A stretch of DNA of 64,000 nt from Eledone cirrhosa (Eukaryota), in the NCBI GenBank assembly GCA_964016885.1, contig OZ024740.1:269700001-269764000 (forward strand), read 5' to 3'. The notes below the pieces were generated by a model. The model saw only the letters and a list, made by a program, of their open reading frames with translations. It searched no databases and was not told the DNA's origin. Made by a program: the position numbers and the translations under genes. Shown here one piece after another: positions 56,571 to 64,000 of the stretch (position 1 is the stretch's first letter; the number at the start of each line of letters is the position of its first letter).

Positions 56571-57286
56571 TTGCATCCTTAGTATTGTTTTATATATAGT
56601 TGTTAAACTACTCATCTACTGTCATTGTAGGTCTATGTGAAACAGCTGTTTAACATGTACAATGAGTCCGGCATTCAGTCGTATATTTAGTGACAGTCGA
56701 CTCATATCTGTCCTTTCACACAGGAGAACCGGCAATTACCATCTGCCTTGTGCATGCTTTTACGACTTCTCGTGTTTTGACGATGAGGTGTCGGCAAGTT
56801 CTCTGTCCAATGGATATTGCAAATGGCTGTATCATCTCTTACAATACACTTCGACGTAGCAAGGACTGGACATCTGGAAATCCTGTTATCAATCGTCTCA
56901 CATCGTACAGGCTGCACTTGATGTTAACATCGTTTTATTTTCATTATTATATATAAAGTACCAGTAATGTACTGGGTAATTGCTGGCCTTGTGCCAATAG
57001 TAGAAACAATTATTATATATATGCAGTTGTTTCCAGCTAAGTATTGGTTGTGCATTATTAGCTGTCACGCAAGCTTACCTACTTTCATTTGGGGCGTTAC
57101 ATAACATTATTTTGTCTCCATTTTTTTTTTCTATAAGTTGTTGAATTCCGCTTTGATTTTGGCTTTGTTGTATTTAACCTTTTCTGGTATATGGCCTATA
57201 TGCAAATTTTTAGTTCAGTCTGTTTCAAGTTTGTGCTTTTGTGTTTCTTTGTATATAGTTTATAATGTTAGTTCGTTTCCAAAATG

Positions 57287-57363
<77 letters not shown>

Positions 57364-57571
57364 ATGTATGCACATATATATATATATATATATATGTATA
57401 TATTCATATGTATATATATATATGTATGTGTATGTGTGTGTATATATATATAGAGAGAGAGAGAGACACACATATATATGTATATATATATATATATATT
57501 ATTAGAAAGTGAGGTTTTTTACAAAATGAAAAATAACCGAGGTGTCCTACACGAGTAAAAGTATAAAGAAA

Positions 57572-57910
57572 AAAAGATGAAATCGAAAATGCAACTGGAG
57601 TCTTATTTTAAAAAAATATATATATTTATTTGATTCCTTTACCGGTTTCGCAGTTCTTCTGCTTTTCAAAAGTAGAGTTGAGATGGATGGTCTGTGGTTT
57701 TTCTCACATCTGGTTGGTCTTAGAATGTTACTTGTTTTATATGGAGAAAAGTGGCTCGAAACGCCATATAAAACAAGTAACATTCTAAGACCAACCAGAT
57801 GTGATAAAAACCACAGACCCTCCATCTCAAGTCTACTTTTGAAAAGCAGAAGAAGTGCGAAGCCGGTAAAGGAACCAAATAAATATATATGCATTTTCGA
57901 TTTCATCTTT
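57572..57910. mobile_element. Head-to-head inverted repeat (~128-bp core arms), probable Penelope pLTR pair
   Basis: 57617-57744 versus 57764-57890 with a 19-nt loop; each arm carries an outward-facing hammerhead-like motif + AATAAA. Confidence 0.75.
57636..57673 (-). ncRNA. Type I hammerhead, U3:A8 core variant
   Basis: CTT-TTGAAAA-GCAG-AAGAA-CTGC-GAAA-C-CG-G-TA-AAG. Confidence 0.6.
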
Positions 57911-59523
57911 TCTTCTATATATATATATATGAGTACGAATGTGCTCAAGACTATTCTGATTCTTTGTTTTATTATTACATTAATCAATTTCCATTTGCTT
58001 ATGTTTAGTTATTTATCTGATCTCACTCTTGTTACTTTGTATTTGTTCTCAATTTGTAGATGAACCGATCTCCCTGCATGCGGTCTAAGTATATTCCATT
58101 TATGCCAAGTATGAACTGGTTGTTTTGAAATACACCAAGTAGTTTCCTGGTGTCGCTATGTAACTACTTCAATTCACTTAATTTCCATGTTTTTATGTTA
58201 TATTTGTAGTTTATATCTTTGATTCTTAGTATATTTACACTATTTATCTTATTTCAATTTTTAACAATACTCTGACATATATGTTTAAGTTTCGTTTTCA
58301 TGTCTGAGTATAGCAGTTTCATCTACCCCATACTTATTTGTTATGTGTCGAGAGAATTATTTAACAACCTTTAGTATTTCTTTCAACTGAGTATTGTTTT
58401 TAAGTACTCTGTTTTAAGTTATCTTTATATATAGGAGATTGTTTATGGGTTTTTTCGTAGCATACGCATTCATTGGTGGTCTGTTTCGATAATCAATCCA
58501 GGGCTGATTAACACTTTTTATTTTGTTTTATCGCTATCTTCAATAATAGTCCGGTTTACCAGTAGCTATCATTTAGAACCATGAAACCAATTCCAGAATC
58601 ATTTCTGTTCCTCTTGAAATGTTATTGATTTCCATGTGAGTAATAAGCTTGATGTAGAGTATCGCTATATGCCATTTTTATTAGAGCGTATACACAGTGT
58701 GGCACAGTTTTAGGGCCGAGAGTAGGTGAGATAATAGAAAGAGCTGACTATGAGCTGGTGTGGTAATACTTGACTCACAGGAAATCATCAACAGAGAAAT
58801 TGGTGCAGGTTCTTATTCGTGGCTCCTCGTCACATTCGTGCAACAGTCCAAGAATGTGATGAATATGTGAGGAAATTCAACACCATATGATAGATTTGGT
58901 TCCCTATGACCACAAGGCTATCTCAAAATAATATCAGATTCAAGGATTCTCTAAAAGCATATGGCTAATAGGGGCCTTTAATCACCAGTTTATCATCTTC
59001 GTCTTGCAGCACTGAGTAGATGAAATCTGGAGAAATGTAGGAATCCACCGGTGCCAGTAATGAAAGAAACTAAACGTAACAACACTATTCAAGAAGTATA
59101 CAAAAGCCACCAAGAATGTACAACTCCCCTATTAATTAGCGCTTGTGAACTGCAGTGCAGGCATTTTATTATTTGCAGATTTAGTAACAGCAATATACAG
59201 TAACTGTTGAATAATCTATCAGAGAAAGAAAAATGTACAGTGTCGATTGAGATGTAAACATGCATCGAATTTTACGAACTCCCAAATCAAGCGTTTTTAG
59301 TGATCCCATCCTGTCCCGAACGGTTTATTTAGAGGTAATGGAGTACTCTTTAGAGAATATGGGATGCCTCGTAGTTCAGCTACTTTCAAGAATGTTCAGG
59401 AATATGCAAGTGATTGGCACACACGTTTATCGAAGTTATTTTGTGCATTGTTCTTCTCTAGATGGTTAAATCTGTTTCATTGTATAGTTTTACGCTTTTG
59501 CCTCACCTATTTTAATTACAATC

Positions 59524-59573
<50 letters not shown>

Positions 59574-59580
59574 TTGTGTC

Positions 59581-59664
59581 TGTGTGTGTGGGGGGGGGGG
59601 ATAATTAATATATATATATATCGACCACAGTACTTCACTGGTTCTTTATTTCATCAACACCAGA

Positions 59665-59701
<37 letters not shown>

Positions 59702-59837
59702 ATAATATAATATATACATAATAAATAGTTAATTTTTCTATCTGTTCTGGTGTCAATGAAATAAAGTACCAGTGAAGTACTGTGGTCGATATATATATAT
59801 ATATATTAATTACACCCCCCCGCCCCACACACACACA
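59581..59837. repeat. Inverted duplication of a SINE fragment plus microsatellite
   Basis: 59581-59667 is the reverse complement of 59743-59837. Confidence 0.8.
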
Positions 59838-59871
59838 TACACAAACGCACATATACATATATATATATATC

Positions 59872-60175
59872 TATCTAAGGCGGGTAAAATTCCCGAGATC
59901 CATGGACGAGTTCTCTCCAGCGGTCTCTGACCCTCATTATCGCTGCCATGTCCTGCATCTCCAACAGACCAGTGTCTGTCCTTAGGGCATCAACATACGT
60001 TAACCTTGGTCTTCCTCTTCTAGTGTGTCCAAGGAGGATGGCTCTGAACATTAATCAGTATACACTGAGGATGAAAAACTCAGAGCTGTATGGGAGCATC
60101 CCAAAAGTCAGCTCAAAAGTGACACAGAGGAGACTGAGGTTGGCTGGACATGCTCACCGACATCCAGAGTTGGCA
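59872..60175 (-). mobile_element. RTE/RTEX-like LINE 3' end with inverted 5' segment
   Basis: Minus strand: GHTRRGRPRLTYVD...WRELV; plus strand: ELYGSIPKVS...RRLRLAGHAHRHPE. Confidence 0.75.
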
Positions 60176-60266
60176 CATATACATATATATATTTATATAA
60201 TCGATTAACACCACTCCCAAGTTGCTGGCCTTGTGCTCAAAATAGAAAGCATTATTATTATAGACG

Positions 60267-60460
60267 CGTTGGATTGGCAGTATCGATAGAGGGTCGGACG
60301 CCATGCTTTGACGCATAGAGTTACGGCCCTTGCCATTCTGAGTTCAAATCCCCTCGAGGTTAACTTTGCATTTCATCCTTACGGGATCGATAAAATAAAG
60401 TACCAGTAACGCACTGGGTAAATGCTGGCCTTGTGTCAAAAAGTAGAAACAATTATTATT
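60267..60460 (+). mobile_element. SINE S1, full length, 16-bp TSD, inserted in the tail of an older SINE
   Basis: ATTATTATTATAGACG at 60251-60266 and 60452-60467. Confidence 0.9.
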
Positions 60461-61499
60461 ATAGACGAATGTTTAAGGAAATGGATATCCGTATCAGATC
60501 CTTCCAGATGAAATAATTCTTAACCGATTACGCATTAAAAATATTTTGAAATGTTTGAACGTCCATTCCAGTATCTTGCGATGGTAAACTAGATTCGTTG
60601 TAACATGTTTTTATAAACGTATGTATTTCACCTGTCGCCTACATGTAATATTTACTCATGTTGAACGATTACTACTACAGAAAAAATGTTTGTTACACTT
60701 GATGTAGCAGTATGTCAATGACGTTACCATCTTTAATTATTTTCATGAACGAAAATAGATTTTAAAATAAAATAAAATGTAAGAATTTCACTAAACAACG
60801 GTTACACAGTAGAAAATACAAAAGCGTAGAGAGCCTAAAACTAAATGAAACAAAAAGCTGTGAACCTTTTACTCACATCAACGATAACACCATCGCTATC
60901 AACAGTATCTTTTCTTTTGTTAATCTTGTAAGTTATTAGGAACATTTTAATATGAGCCATTTCAAGAAAATGAAGAAAGTATAGATTGTAAATGGTGGGA
61001 AATACAACGACTCCTATCCCTAGAAACTCACCAGAGAGAAATCGAAAGGAATATGACATAGCTCTATTTTTCAAATGGTACAGAAATTTTATATATGATT
61101 TTGAAGCAAGGGTTAGTAGGAGCAATGTTTAACGCATATCATTATGCCTGATTCCTCGAACGAAGAAGGTCCTTATGAAAGCCTGTGACTGGTTTTTATA
61201 TATAATAAAAGTTGAAAAGGCAGACAGAAAACATGCGCTACACGTATGAACACAATGTGGTACTTCAGAATATTGGGAAAAGGAGTACAAGAGTTATGAC
61301 GGGAAATATTGATGAAAATATTGATCCTTGTCCTGTCATTGTCTTTGCGGTGATATATTACAGCATTCGATCGGTTGATGTCTCTGTGGACATCAGGATC
61401 CGGACGATTGAAAATAACACATGACTATGTGACACTGAAAGGATGAAGATGGGGTTAATTAGACTGGTTGTACAGGTCCCAAGATTCAGTTGATACAGA

Positions 61500-64000
61500 A
61501 AGGACTCAGTCGATAGCCGGATCCTTTCTACTCGCACCAACAGGTGTTCGACATAACTCCACAAGTCAACAATGCACGGACACTGGTTGAGTGCAGAACG
61601 CTTTCGTCGTTCTGCGCACATCTCGGGCAGGACCGCCTGACAGCACTTCCGTGACTGTAGAGTTTATCTCGAATCGACAGTGCCTTCCAGTATTACTACC
61701 AAGCGAGGGATTTCTGGAACTTGTCCATAGTTCCTTGCTCGAAAGTCCTCCGGATCAGACTGGTCAGTTCGACCAGGTCGACGCCCAGGGCCTCTCCGAG
61801 TGGATTGTCGCGCTTGTCCACCACTAATCCGCTATAGAACTCGAGAGTGGAAGTTCCACTGACCAAATTGCCCGCTTGGTAGCGGGCAGTACGAGTCTCG
61901 GTCTCCGTCTGACTCTGGACTGCTATCTGTCAAAGAGATGAGCTGCAGAAAGGCCTGTCTGACAAACGGCGACCATATCTGTTCAGCAGTTAGGCAGAAT
62001 ATAGGGTGTTGGTAACGGATAAAACCCCTCACCAACGGAACCTGTCCTTTCTGCAAGAAGTTGAAGACAAGCCGCTCAAATTTAGCGAGGCGCGAAATGT
62101 GGCAAGTCTCGACGGCAAGTGGTAGTAGATGACGGACGCGATGTACGCGTTCACCCCCTCCACCCGACCTTTCAGAGACAGATTCCTCTCGGCCCATTTC
62201 TGTCTCAGGGTGGTTGCCTGTCTTAATTTTTGTCTATATGGAGGGCTGGTCCAAACCAAACCCCGAGCAGCTTTAACTGCACATCTATTCAGCACCCGAC
62301 GACGATGTTGGACGGCATGGTCTTGCCTATCCAGTTACCGATCAGCAAGCCCACCGTTATTTCTGCGTTTAGTTTCGCTCCCGTCAACCCTTTATATTCC
62401 TCCAAGAAAGTGCCGACCATTCCGATTTCTGAGGTGTTCGACACCATCACGGTGATGTCGTCCTCCTATGCCGACACAGCCTTTCCACATCCCGACTCGA
62501 GTGGGATGCCCTGCAACAGCTCCAGCTTCCGCAGTAAAGGCTTGAGAGTCAATACATACAGAAGGGAGGGGGAGACGGCACCTCTGACGGACCAATCGGG
62601 AGATATGAAACGGTTCCGAAAGTTGGCCATTAACTTTGACCCCGAGCAGATGTCGCTGTTGATTGCAGCAATCCAGCTTCTGAAGACGGGACCGAAGCCA
62701 GTTGCCTTGAGGAAAGCTTTCCCTAATCCCTTTGTAGGTGTCGAGCGTCATTCTTACCAGAAACAAATCTTATTGCACGTTAAATGTCCTCGTTCCAAAA
62801 ATCGACACGTCTTTCTCGATTTCTTGTCTTCGTGCTATGAGAGTTATCAATTCCTTGTTGGCTCTTCTTACAAGCACGAAATGTTGTGTGCTTTGTTGTT
62901 GTGATTTTACTCGTTTGCGTATTGGTGGTTGTGGTGGGGATGGTGTGTTGTGTTTTGGATGTGACTGTGTTTGTTGAGGGTGTGTTGTCTGCGATTTCAG
63001 TTGTTTGTGTGCTCTTTTGTTCTTGTGTTTGTTGTGGTTGTTTGCGTTTGGGGGAATCTGGTGGTAATTGTTGTGTTCTTGTGGAAGTGCTTGTGTTTGT
63101 TATACGTGAGGTTTCTGCATATTCTGTTCTGATGTGTGGAGTCTTTTAGTGTGCCTTCTTATTTTATTTTTATTTTTAGGAATGCGGACTCTTACAGTTT
63201 TTTTTCCCATGTGGGATGGATACATGATGACCGTGCTGGTTTTTCAAGGGGTCACCGAGTGTTTCATAGCGAGGGCTTCTCAAACAGTGCCATCTCTGAT
63301 GCACCTCAGCGCAGTTTTGGGTTCTGCTTGGAGATTGATGGTCGCGTTTTTAGTCTGCACTGAAATGCATCTAAAGACTACTGTTCTCCTCTCCCCCGTT
63401 TGTATGGCCTCCGCCAGTACAGTTGAGTTGGCTCAGGTTTGCTCTTGTTTAATGAGCTTCCATGTCTGGGCCAACGTTTTGTCTTTTGGGCTGAGGTACA
63501 TGCAAAAGCGTGGTCCGTTTTCGGCTGCTGCACCAGCGAAATAGTTCTTGTTGTTGTCTGTGTTGCTGTTGTTGGTCACATTGTTGTTGGTGATGTTGTT
63601 GGTGATGTTGTTGGTGTTGTCGCTGTTGCAGTTGGTGTTAGCGTTGTTCCTGGTGCAGTTGCTGTAGCTTTCGTTGTTGCAGTTGGTGTTGGTGTTGTTC
63701 TTGGTGCAGATGCTGTTGTTGTTGTCGCTGTTGTAGTGGTTGTTGGTGCTGTTCTTGGTGCAGTTGTTGATGCTTTCGTTGCTGCAGTTAGTGTTGGTGT
63801 TATTTTTAATTACGTTGTTGCTCTAGACGTTGTTGATGCCGTTGTTTTCTTCACTTGTGTCGTTGTGGCAGTTGGTGCTGTCGTTGTGGATGTTATTGTT
63901 GGTGGTGTTGCTAATTTTCTTGTTGCATGTTGTGTTTCTAATTGTTATTTTGTATCCACAATGGTGCTTGTTGTTGTGTTATCCCTTCTCTCAACCTTTA
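61500..64000 (-). mobile_element. Internally deleted L1/Tx1 element running off the window
   Basis: 61500-62720 has RT/Zn remnants (KWAERNLSLKGR, NAYIASVIYY, GFGPVF); 62720-64000 is ORF1-like T/P/A-rich sequence. Confidence 0.75.

Noticed and set aside
57547-58063. Overlapping opposite-strand ORFs with near-identical peptides
   Set aside because: Artefact of the DNA palindrome

Overview
AT-rich, microsatellite-dense eukaryotic (metazoan) DNA with no recognisable host gene. The SINE and microsatellite content resembles an octopus/coleoid cephalopod genome, which is an inference. Bases ~0.7-20.9 kb are an almost continuous stack of non-LTR retrotransposons joined at (TTA)n tracts: two large L1/Tx1-clade elements in tandem (zinc-knuckle ORF1; APE-RT ORF2), a Tx1 remnant, and R4/Dong-clade RT + restriction-like-endonuclease elements on the opposite strand. 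All are frameshifted. The rest holds many copies of a tRNA-derived SINE, mariner-, hAT- and pogo-type MITEs, RTE fragments, and Penelope-like (GIY-YIG) debris. The most interesting signals are RNA-level. At least five distinct type I hammerhead ribozymes are present, including a U3:A8 core variant, a 322-bp retrozyme-like unit and copies within head-to-head inverted repeats. A duplicated ~205-220 nt pseudoknotted RNA motif of unknown class (48.6-49.1 kb) lies upstream of one hammerhead. The Dong 5' leader can fold as a pseudoknot, and the SINE shares its 3' end and ATTATT target with the Tx1 LINE. All folds were derived by eye and element boundaries are approximate.
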